DNA of 42,076 nucleotides from Seison nebaliae (Eukaryota): the NCBI GenBank assembly GCA_023231475.1, contig JALJEE010002357.1, positions 1-42,076 on the forward strand, in the 5' to 3' direction. Each line of letters begins with the position of its first letter. The stretch's first letter is position 1. The notes under the pieces were generated by a model, which was given only the letters and a program-made list of their open reading frames with translations, did no database searches and was not told the origin of the DNA. Positions 1-11,183 of the stretch are shown one piece after another. The position numbers were made by a program, and so were the translations under genes.

Positions 1-117
1 AGTTCTACCATTACAATCGATCGCGAGTCACTAGATCAACTTCGTTATTACATCGATGCTGAGGATGACCGGAATTTCTATCAACTTTTTTCTGATTTAT
101 CCCGACGGGAATTTTAA
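1..117 (+). CDS. Possible 3' end of a gene entering from the left edge
   Basis: Frame 1 is open from base 1 (SSTITIDRESLDQLRYYIDAEDDRNFYQLFSDLSRREF) to TAA at 115-117, followed by AT-rich sequence with AATAAA. No family recognised. Confidence 0.3.
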   Translation, partial: SSTITIDRESLDQLRYYIDAEDDRNFYQLFSDLSRREF

Positions 118-923
118 TTAATAAATAATAATAATAATAAGATCATGTTTTAGCTCTTAAAAAGTTGACTATCAATATATACACCTATATAATATATAAG
201 TTCGCATTATAATATAATATTTATTCTAAAAATTGTACAATTGATAAAATTTTAACTCGTTGTGAATGAAATGTTTTCAGTTGAATTTAGGACGAATAGA
301 TTCCAAATGATGTGTGGAATCAAATAATGACGAATAAGATGCTCTTTGATTGATATTCGATCATTCTCATCGTGTGCTCTCGATCGTATTCGAAATAAAT
401 TTTGTAGAGCGTTCTTCTCTTTTTCTCCTAAATCCAAATTCGTTCCGTTGAAGATCCGTCTTTCGCTTCTTAAGAGTTTAGTTCTATCAATATATTCCTT
501 GGAGACGATTTTCCTCTGTTCACATCCCTACTGTACAAAATTTTTAATAGCAACGTTACTGGTATAGAAAAAATCTATAGAAACAAGTGTGTTGATCGTA
601 ACGTTGATTTAATGTTATTGTAAACAGAAGATCAACTCAACACGTCAACGGATGTTTATTAAATATCCAATAATTACGTAATTATTGAGCAGTATTGTAT
701 TGTTCGAAAAGGGTTTTTTTGCATTATCTAAGAAATTTTATTTCATTGAAAAATTTAAATTACCCTATCTTCTTCAGCATCATCGATAACCCAGAAATAC
801 ATATTCTTATTAAAATTCTTACATTTTTTATGTAAATCTTTAAGCGCTCAGCACGGTACCTAATTCGGAATCGATTTTTATAAAATGGATTCCAAATTGA
901 TCGTCTATTATTTCTTAACTTAT

Positions 924-1162
924 GTTTAAAATTTCAGATCAATAACGTCAATATTCTTTATTTTATGGATAAAAGTATAAGAAACATTAGTTAAGTTTTT
1001 CGCTAATTTTTGACTAAAAAGTACTAAAAATGCTAAAAATACTACTAACAATAGTAAGGTAATACTTGTTAGTCAACAATTAGCGAAGAACTTAAAAAAT
1101 GTTTCTTATACTTTTATCCATAAAATAAAGAATATTGACGTTATTGATCTGAAATTTTCAAC
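924..1162. mobile_element. Foldback / MITE-like element with long inverted repeats
   Basis: 928-988 is a perfect 61-bp reverse complement of 1098-1158. The arms extend inward with mismatches to about 96 bp (928-1023 / 1063-1158) around a ~39-bp spacer. No clear target-site duplication. Confidence 0.75.
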
Positions 1163-1183
1163 CCATATACGAAGAAAAGGAAC

Positions 1184-1446
1184 GTAGTTAACTTTTTTTT
1201 AAAAATTCAGTCAACCCTCATTTTCTCAATCGGAAAGTAGTCAACCCATTTTGTCAAAAATAAGAATGAAGTTAACCCATTTCATCTAAAAAGAATGAAG
1301 TCAACCCACCATTTTCATGTAACTGAACGAAACTTTATTTTTTTAGAAATTAAACAGTAATTCGTCTTATTAATTGTTCAAGGTTCAAGGAATGCATCAA
1401 AGAACGACCAATGTCGTTCAAGAATGCAAGAACGACCAATGTCGTG
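1184..1446. repeat. Degenerate direct-repeat array next to the foldback
   Basis: About five spaced copies of an AGT[C/T]AAC(CCATTT)-like core at ~1184-1316, then a duplicated AAGAACGACCAATGTCGT at ~1400-1445. Confidence 0.6.
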
Positions 1447-2023
1447 ATTTTTCATTTCTTCATTATTCAATCTTCATTTTTCAATTATCCTATACGGATT
1501 TACATTGATATTTAAAAATGCCAAAAAAATGATAAAATAAATGTTTAAAAAAAATTAAATTTAAATTTTTAATATGATATAAAAAAATAGCTAATAACAG
1601 AAGTTATGATGTATTTTCAAAATCCCAAAAGCGTCCGATTACTTTAAGTTTTTTCCGTATATGTATTTCAATGATCAATGAAAAAAAATAATAATATTCT
1701 AAGTTACTCTGATTGCTAAAATTATTATTTCTTTACTTTTTGAACGATTTTTCAATCAAAAATTTTCGTCAATTCGCCTTTCCTTCAAATTCTGCATTAC
1801 CAATGCCAAATTGGTATTACCAATCGCAAACGAATTTCTAGAACGAATTTTTTGTACTTCAACTTTTTCTTCAAATTTGTTCTTCTGAGAAACTTTAAGA
1901 AACTTGAGAAATTCTAATTGATAGAAAATCTTCAGAAAATTGAATTAATCGATTTTTTTATCCACGCTTAAAATTTCAAAATCTTTCCATAAAATAATAA
2001 GATTTAAAGAAAATAATAAGAAA

Positions 2024-4084
2024 ATGGAATTTTTAGTTTACCGCAATATTACGAATATTTCCATAGATTTTTCTGACGCACTATCGTACAATGTACTTGG
2101 TACAACATCGTTCCACTAAAGTTCCAACATGATTAATTTTTCTTTTCAGTGAAACGTTAACAAATGAATTCTTCGAGTACCAAAAATACCCTAAAGTTAT
2201 TTTGAGTATTATGCGAAATCGTCAATTAAAAATGATAAATTAAAGTGAAGGAAACATCAAAGTTTCTTTCGAATTGTATCCAAATGAGAAGGAAGTTGAT
2301 ACTGATAGTTCGTTCGATTCATTGGAAAAGATTGAAGAACGATTGATATTTCTACATAATCGTTTGAAGGAAAAAGAAAAGACAAAACAGGTTTATAAAA
2401 TAATATTTAAATGATGGCGAGAAATGTCAAATGTTTTCCTATCGAATCCATTTGTTTCATAAACTTTTTTGAATATTAATCTTATTCTCAATTACTCTAC
2501 AATTAATTTTTTTTTATTTATTTATTTATTTATTTATAGTTATTAATAAATGAGAGTATAATGGATGAGAAGAGTTTAATTGAAGAGGAAATTAATCCAT
2601 TTGCACCTCGGACCAGATTGAAGAATTCGAATGAAAATCTCAATGAGACAATCTCCAAATTTGATGAGTCTTTATCACTCAATCAAAATGATATGACAAT
2701 TTCGTTGGAAGATGATTTGGAAGAAGATAATTCAAAGATAGACCAATCTCATATTTCTACCTCAAACAATCACGAAGATTTGGACGAAGATATTCTAGAA
2801 AAAAATGAAATTTCAGAATTAGAAAAAACTTCCGATTTAACCAAAGAAGTTTTTGAGGAAATTAAATTTTCAAAAATAAATGAAACCATTTCTGACAACA
2901 ATAAAATTTCAGAATTAAAAGAAACAATTTCGGATAACAATAAAATTTCAGAATTAAAAGAAACAATTTCTGACAAGAATGAAAAAAATGAAAATGAAAA
3001 AATTCCTGAAAAAAATGATATTTCAAAATTGGAAGAAGAAGGAATTTGTTTAGGAGAAGAAGAGAATAATGATATAAACGCTCAATCAGAAGAAAGTTTC
3101 ATATTTTAATTTTTAATTTTTAGTTTCTCCCACAATCAGATGATATTTTTAATGATAATATTCCGATTGATTCGGCAACCGAATCCACCATCCCTTCCCA
3201 ACCATCGCCAAAAAAATTAATTGATGTTGATTTAGAATTACTCCAACAATCGATGGAAAGAAAGGAGCATGAATTGGAGCAGAAGATTGATTTGGAATTA
3301 ATTCGATGTCAAATAAAATATGAAGAAGAAAGAGCGAAAAAAATAGAAGGAAAAATTCAGAAAATGAAGGAGAAGAAGACAAGTGAGAATGACGAAAAAT
3401 ATTTAAAGTTTCTTTTATTATTCTAAAAATCGATGTTAATGATGAGGAAATTATTAGGAATGTATCCACTTTTCGAAAATGTTTCGATTATTTAAATATT
3501 CAACAGAATTTTCTTTTGAAAAATTATGAAGTGGAAGTTAGTAATCTTTTTTCTCAACGGAATTTTTGAGAAATTGTAGATGAATTATGAAAATACAAAT
3601 TCCAACGACACTTTCGATCAACTTTTCAAAACGAAAGATGCGTTGACAGATATTGTAGAAAATCAGAATGAAATGAAAGAAACGATAGTTCATTTCAAAA
3701 ATGTCAGTTCTTTTTTTATTGTGATTGGAGAAAAGTAATATTTTTGTAGAAAATTGGAGAACTGCAAAATGAAAGGAGTTCTCTCGATAATCTCATTCAA
3801 GAATTTAATAGAACTGCAAATTCCGTTATCGACGAATGTGGAGAACAATTGAGGAAGTTTCATTTTTTATTTTCGTTATTTCGAATGATCTATCAATTGT
3901 TATGATAAGTGAGAAAGAGAAGACAGAAACAAAGATAAACGAAATGAACAAAAAAATAAAGAATCTCAGACTAATAGACGAAAAATTGCGATATGACGAA
4001 GAGTCATCTACGAAAGAATTGGGAGATCGAGAAAAGGATTTTGAAAAAATCCAAAATATTCTTAATCAACTTTTCCAACAATAA
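2024..4084 (+). CDS. TACC-family-like (transforming acidic coiled-coil) protein, multi-exon
   Basis: Introns placed at 2110-2149, ~2196/2206-~2250/2291 (ambiguous), 2391-2539, 3096-3139, 3408-3457, 3537-3579, 3688 or 3703-3749, 3857-3909. The acidic N-terminal region contains EEINPFAPRTRLKNS, resembling the TACC NPFxxxxxLxNS motif. The C-terminal coiled coil (…NDTFDQLFKTKDALTDIVENQ…DREKDFEKIQNILNQLFQQ*) resembles a TACC domain. Family call is by recalled motif similarity. Confidence 0.5.
2882..2976 (+). repeat. Coding 39-bp tandem repeat (ETISDNNKISELK, ~2.5 copies)
   Basis: Visible directly in both DNA and protein. Confidence 0.85.
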
Positions 4085-5074
4085 TCATAAATAATTTGTA
4101 TATGTTGCTTCCCGTATTTAATACTTTTTTTTTAATAATAATTGTAAATTCCTGTAGGGCAATCGACAAATAAAACATTTCCTCATTATCATAAACAATT
4201 AAATGAAGGAGAAAATCTCTTAATTTTAATTATTTGTTTTTTCTAATCAATTCACTTTTTTTGCTTGTACAAAAAAGTTTAACTTTCCATTTCCTCAACA
4301 AATCCACTCCAAGAAGTAAATTGTAGAGAAATATTTCGAAAACCGAATTGGATGCAGTTCAGTTACATTCATCTTTGTTTATCTGATGATCAAATAATTA
4401 TTAAATTGTGATCAAGTTTTTGCCACAGTTAAATTTAGCAAATGGAAAAAAGTTTTGGAATTGAATTCGGTTGATTACACTTAAAATTAAGATATAGATA
4501 GAAAAAATGAATCGATATAGATAGATAAATAGATCTCACAACATGTGAGAACAATATTTTCTTCCGAATAGTAAGACCGAATAACCAGTAAAAGAAACAA
4601 AAAATGAAATTGATGAGATTAAGTTGAAAGAAAATAAATATCAAAAAATTCTAATTTATTAATTCATTATTGTGTTTAGAGAGATATATCGTTTCTCTCA
4701 TCGATAATTATCAACAATTCTTAATTTCCACTTCCCATAGTCACTTCTGCGAATATTATTCTTCTTAATGTTCCTTTCTGCGTTCAAAATTTGGTATCTT
4801 ACATATCCCATCATGATCGTTAATAATTCACTAACTTTTTTGGAAAAGATCAGACGAAAACTTACGAAACTTTGCAACAACAATAATGTGTCTCGACTAT
4901 AAATTTTAATATCTGTATTATAAAGGATGATATACGTAAATGTTCTCCGAACTTTCCAATTTCTGAAAGAAAAAAGATCAAACGTTGACATAAGTAAATA
5001 TTTTTGCGAAGATTCTTTCAATTTCAATCTGTTGCTGTTCATTCTCATCCGTTGAAATCTGTTTGTCGATAATG

Positions 5075-5175
5075 TTCAGGGTCGAATTAAAACCTTTCCA
5101 TCCATCCAAATGTATAACGGTTCTCCTTTCAAGGGAAGATATTAAACATTTCTGAACCCAGTCATAACTGAACAT
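5075..5175 (-). mobile_element. Possible Merlin/IS1595-like transposase remnant
   Basis: Translation ERRTVIHLDGWKGFNST resembles the Merlin/ISXO2 'TTIHSDGWxGYNxL' block around the second catalytic Asp. No other motif recovered. Confidence 0.25.
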
Positions 5176-5485
5176 AATACTTGTTAGTCATTGTTCTACT
5201 TATCGATACGAGAAAACCGTTAAACTATAATTTCGATCTTGTATTCGAAATATAACGGTCGAAGAAGGTCTCCACTTCCATTAATTAGTGGCATCATAGT
5301 ATATGAATGTGTTTTGTTTCGTTACTTTGTTTCTCATCGATATTATAAAGTTTTATGTATAAAATTCGTATTGATTTGTTGGATACTTCTCAACTTCTGG
5401 ATGTTGAGAACGATGATGTTCCTAACAATTGTAAGCATCCGAAATAGAAATAAGGGTAACATTTTTTTGGGTGACGGACCTAGTC

Positions 5486-6710
5486 TTACCCAACGCTTAG
5501 TCTCACCCTCTTGTCTATTTTTGGAGCGAGAATAAATAATTGTTCATCTCTCACCTTCTGCTCTTTTCGAATGCGCTTCTTTATCCCGTCTTCGACCAAC
5601 TTATATTGTGCATTTTCATGTTGAAAACATTTATACAAATAATTTTCAAACATGGAACGAGTTGGATGGTGGTGGGGTATTAAAAATTTTAACCCATTAT
5701 TTTTTCCTTCCAAAAGGTTGTTTGTTCTTGGGATATCATCCAGTGTCCATTGGGCGTTATTCCATAATCGGGGAGGAAATCTCGCATTTTCTATATAATA
5801 CTCCTCAAAATACTCAAAAATTGCGTCTAAATGGCAGGAGGAATTCCTGCGAATTCGATGAAACAGATCTTCGACGAATTGGATCGAACGAATGACAAAT
5901 ATTGCAGTCGTTGTTTATACATCCTATCTTCCTTATTTACATGAATTCCTGAACTCTCCATTTTCTTCTAATGCTCTGAGCTAAATGGAAGTAACATCCG
6001 TGGACGGTTGCTATTGGACATGTTTTTTTAAGCGCTTGAACTGCTTTAAGTCCACCGTTACTCTTTGCACAGACGGAGACCACTTTTCTTTAAAATGTAG
6101 AAAAATTTGTTTATATGTACATTGGCGACGGTTTTTCATCAGGATGTAGTTCAACACCAGAAGGCGATCGTTGAAAAGGCCTGCGATTATATACAATTGC
6201 GCAAACTCTCTGGGTGCAGTCTTAAACGTTCCATCCATAAAAAAATGAGTGACATTTTCGTTTAATTTTATATTGTCGTTGGTGTATATGATGTAATTTT
6301 CGCTTTCATGCGTCGCGTTCATCCTGATGGCCAATTGTCGTGTCCGTTCTTTGATTTTTCTAACGTTTCGCGTGATAGTGGATAATCGTCGATTATCTGA
6401 TGAACTGTTTAACAATATTTCATCGGAGATACTGCCGGTAGGTTGTGAAATATTTTCTCTCACCGTTTGTCGCGATTTCTCCAAAAATCGAAGATGAGAA
6501 ATACGTTCACAATCGTTCTCGTGATTATGAACATTATCGTATGACATGATTGTCTGTCCGCTTACTACAACACGGGCTTTACAATTGAGTAGTTTATTCT
6601 TCGAACAGTAATAAAGTACTTTTTCGGATTCGTACTTTTTTTTCAGAGAAAATGTATTTTCTTCCAATATCAGCATCTTATGCTTTCTCCCAGATTCCAC
6701 AAACGATAAA
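5486..6710 (-). pseudogene. Decayed Mutator-like (MULE) transposase with FLYWCH-type zinc finger
   Basis: YYCSKNKLLNCKARV…HNH (zinc finger), FFMDGTFKTAPREFAQLYII (first D), VTVD then a frameshift near 6045 into …TVHGCYFHLAQSIRRK (CxxH), further frameshifts, and IPRTNNLLEGKNNGLK (catalytic E) at ~5690-5735. Confidence 0.9.
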
Positions 6711-7904
6711 GACAGTAACGAAACAGTCAGTACGAGTCCCGGCACGGATGTTGACGGCGTTTTTCTTTTCTTTCTTCCGCACTGCTCTCTCCAGTACCTT
6801 GGTGATAGTTGGATTCGAAGTGGACCCATTTGGGCTTGGTGCAGAGAGATTTTTCGGAGATAGAGATGGAGTTGAAGAACAAAGAAAATGATTCCTGTAG
6901 TTGTGTTGGAGCCACCATTTTTTATCGATGGTTTTGGTTTTTTAACCGAAGGATGAGACGAGGCTTCGGATTTTTCACGTTTATTACGGGTTGATTGACT
7001 AGCGGTAGGTGTCGAAGAGCGTTTGTTTATTTCTTGACTAGGAGAATCGTTGCGAACGGACGTGGCGTTTTTAGAGAGAGAAGAATTATCGAAGGAATTT
7101 TTAATTGTCAGAAAAAGAAATATATGAGGAAAAAATGTGTAAAATATAATTAATATGTTGAAATTAAGAAAGTGTTTAGAATTTTATGTTTTAACTGTTT
7201 CAAATTTTCCAATTATCAACTACATTTCACTATATGACTTTTAAAAGTGAGAGAAATAACATCAAAAATTTACGACATAAATCTTGGTCCGCTTTCTGTC
7301 TTAGCGCTGATTTAGTTATGCAGCAGTTTCAATGGCATCCTTACGCTGAACTCAAATATAATCCAATTTTCCCACAGCCAACTTCATAAATTGATTTGTT
7401 CCAAACCAAAATTTTTTAGAATGGTTAGAAATTCAGAGCTTTTATCGAAATTAACTTTCTTAATTTGTGCATTTTCCTGTAACATTACAAATGTAGCGGA
7501 CTGATATGAATGAGAATCGTAGGAAATTAAAAGAATTGTGGAAGATTAAATAATAAGTAATATAGGGAAATCGTTAGTTCATATAATTATTGCAATAATT
7601 TCATTTAAACATCTTCTCGATCTTTCACGAAACTTTCCTTTTTCTCGTTAACCTTCAACTTTTTTACTCTCCATTTTATCAATCGAGTCGAAGTTGAGAG
7701 ATTTGACTACAATTTTTTTGTTGAAAAAAAAATGGGAAAATATTTAATGAGAACTTCTTTTCTTTCGTATTCGAACGTGTATTAATTAAATAAATTTTCA
7801 TTAAATTTTCTAATTTTTCGTTTTTATTTTGTTTCGTTGTAATATATTGTTTGTTTGTTGATAATAATTATCTTCTGCGTTCATTCTCAATTTAGTTGGT
7901 AAGA

Positions 7905-9547
7905 ATGTCATCTCCGAAAGAAACGTCGAAGTCTAAGGTACGTACGACGAAAATTGTGGAATACTATAATGGATATGTGTTGAGAGATGGATATTTCCGT
8001 TATGATAAATTGATAGTTTGAAACTGAATAAATTTCGCTTATAATTTCTTCTAATAAAACTATAAATTTAGGTGAAGAATGGAAAGATTATGGATCCGAG
8101 AGAATTATTTTTCAGTGAAAAAAAATTAGCGACGGAAAGAGTTGATTTGAAAGGAGGACTCATCGCACCAGGATTTATCGATGTCCAAATAAATGGTGCA
8201 TTCGGCGTCGACTTTTCTTCACCTACTTTGACTTTGGATGACATAAAGAAATGTGCGAAGAACATGTTACAATACGGAGTAACCAGTTTCTGTCCCACCA
8301 TCATCACTTCGTCCACTTCCACATATAAGACGGTTTGAATTCCGTTTTAAATTCTATTCAAACAACTCATCTCCAATTTGTAGTTAATTAAATTATTTGC
8401 ATCTTATAAGAATAGTGAGAAGAGTGCACAAATCTTAGGAATGCATTTGGAAGGTCCATTCATTTCACCGGAGAAGAAGGGTGCTCATCCAATTGATCTG
8501 ATTCTCGATTTCAAAAGAGATACTGATGGAGAGAGTGGTAGTGAGAAATTGTTAGAATTATAGAAAATAATTCAATAAATATTTTCTTTAATAGAAATAA
8601 GGTTTATGGAACAGATTACAAAACACTCTCTCAACACGTTTCGATAATAACGATAGCACCGGAATTATCTGGTGCCATTGACGTCATCAAAGATGTGACG
8701 ACTAATACTGAGAAGAGAACTGTTGTTTCTATCGGTCATTCGACTGGTTCGTTAACTGATGGATGTTCGGCAGTTATGAATGGTGCACGATTCATCACAC
8801 ATTTATTTAATGCAATGATGCCAGTTCATTTATTTGTTTTCTTTCCAAAAATTTATTAATTAATTAATTTCAAATTAATTTTAATTTAATTAGTTCCATC
8901 ATCGTGATCCTCATTTAATTGGATTACTCGCTATGTCAGTGAAGAGAGACGAAGCAAATCATACACCTTTTTTTTATGGAATCATTAGTGATGGAATTCA
9001 TACACATAAAACGGCACTCAATCTCGTTTATCGTGTAAATCCGGATGGATTTATTCTTATTACAGATGCGATTGCAGCTCTCGGATTGGGTGAAGGTGAA
9101 CATAATTTAGGAGAGAAAGTAGTTAAAGTTACGAAGAAGAAAGATTCGAGTTATAAAGCAGACATAGCGCCATGTGCCTCCTCTTTCCAATTCGTCCAAA
9201 AAAAACTCGGACATTTTGTGCCACTTCAACCATTATATGATGAACCGGAAAGGAAATCGATATCATCGAACGATATTCTCGTCGCTGTATTGAAAGATAA
9301 TAAGGACACGTTGGCAGGTAGTGTTGCATCAATGATCAATTGTATTCACGTACTCTATTCTCAATCGGAAGTTCCACTGGGAAAAGTTATCGAATTCGCC
9401 ACATTACATCCTGCACAGTTACTCAATCGTTCTCATCAAATCGGAACATTGAATCATGGATCCGATGCTAATTTTGTTATACTCGATCCAAAAAAGTTGA
9501 CTGTTCAACAAACATTCGTCAATGGACGTTTAGCTTATTCCGCTTAA
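7905..9547 (+). CDS. AMDHD2: N-acetylglucosamine-6-phosphate deacetylase (5 exons)
   Basis: Exons 7905-8015, 8072-8332, 8384-8550, 8595-8823, 8894-9547 splice in frame. Amidohydrolase motifs [91 protein letters not shown]. The QxN metal site is the eukaryotic type. Confidence 0.95.
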
Positions 9548-10522
9548 TATTCAAGTGGAGAAAGCAATTGATATTCCTATACTATCATACTCATCATTAT
9601 CAATAATAAATGTCCATTTCTCCCAAATGTTTTTTTCTCAATAAACTTTTTTGTTTTCGATAAAATTTTATAACAATAATGTCGCACAATTTTAAAAGAA
9701 AATATTCATTCGAGTTGAAATATGAAGTAAAAGAATTTCATCCATAAATCTATCACGAATACTTAATGTCCTAAATTATTAGAGATATATACCTGAATAT
9801 ATTATATCCATAACTCAATAAGGCAAATTCGAATAAAATAAATTAAATTTTCTTAATCTCTGATCATTAAGGCTTTATATTTAATATTCATTCGTTCTGT
9901 TCAATTAATTAGAAAAAATAATTTTCCCTCTTATTCTCGTTTAATGATAACAACTCATCCAAATGGAACTGATGGTGGATAAATGAATGGAAATTAAATC
10001 GTCCACTTATGCATAGTATTTGCAGTTAATTTTCTTCTTTTCGTTCACATTATTTTATCAAATTTTTCTTTCATTACAATTGTTAAAGTAGACTTTTAAT
10101 TTTTCCATATCGACTTCTAAATCGATTTTCGTCATCAAATGTAATCGATATGTTGATAATTACATTATTTATTATGTCGTTCATTTGTAAATGGTTGAAA
10201 CGTTTAGACCTTCCCCTTTTGTCGATGTATACCTATAACAATGAGATATGGTGTTAATAAGTTCTAAAGCATATAGATCTGTTGGATATATAAAGAGGCA
10301 GCCACGTAGCTAGATGAATAATTCTGTTTTGTTTCACAGAACAAATAACTAAATTAGAGAAGAAAAAAAAAGTATTAATATTTGTTTCGTTATCGATATT
10401 GATGTGTTCACATATGTAGAAATATTTGGCTCCTAGAACATTGTGAGTTTTATGGAGAATAGTTATGATTCGTGTGAAAATTAGCTAATATTCTTTTAAT
10501 TATCATGTGAACTCTTCTTCCA

Positions 10523-10968
10523 ATATATATATATATATATATATCTTCAGCCAAATCGGTTACAAATAAAACTGACATTAATTTAAATTAATTATAAATT
10601 TAATGTGAAATGATTTTATGAACTCTTTTTCATACGAAAAGAATAAAGTGGCTTGTTTGGGATCTTCAGAGTCTAGGTAGCTTGTGTGAGAGTATGTTAT
10701 TGTAGATATATGTTGTTGTGAGAGGTTACATGTTCCACTAGGAATGGCCTACCTCATCGGCCTTATACACACACACACACACACACATACAAGTCGAAGG
10801 AGAATAGTACATATGTTCATGTCATACAACCGAAAAACTATTACAAAGAGATATTACTGATGACCTAGTTGACCTTCGACAAATCGCTCTTCCAACTTCC
10901 TTTTATGTATTCTCAATAAAAACACGAGAGACACAGAAACAGATAAAGAGAGAGAGAGAGAGAGAGAG
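10523..10968. repeat. Microsatellites upstream of the calpain: (AT)n 10523-10544, (AC)n 10767-10787, (AG)n 10947-10968
   Basis: Directly visible dinucleotide runs. Confidence 0.9.
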
Positions 10969-11183
10969 AATAAGATGAGGAAAGTTATGTACTAACGGAA
11001 AAAAAAAAATTGTAAATATTTCTATTTATCTAAATAATAAAAAAAACTGAAAAGTTTTCTAAAAATCAAAAAAAAAAGAAAGTGTTAAAAAATGTTTTAT
11101 TGTAATAACTCTTTTTTTTTTCAAAAATTATTTTTTATTCAAATTTAATCACAATTTCTAATTATTATGCTCAATTTTCGTAG

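Noticed and set aside
252..567. Overlapping short ORFs on both strands
   Set aside because: No recognisable motif; cannot distinguish exon, TE remnant or noise.
10990..10996. TACTAAC branch-point consensus upstream of the calpain
   Set aside because: It lies just after a putative donor and ~190 nt from the acceptor, and is absent from the other introns; probably chance.
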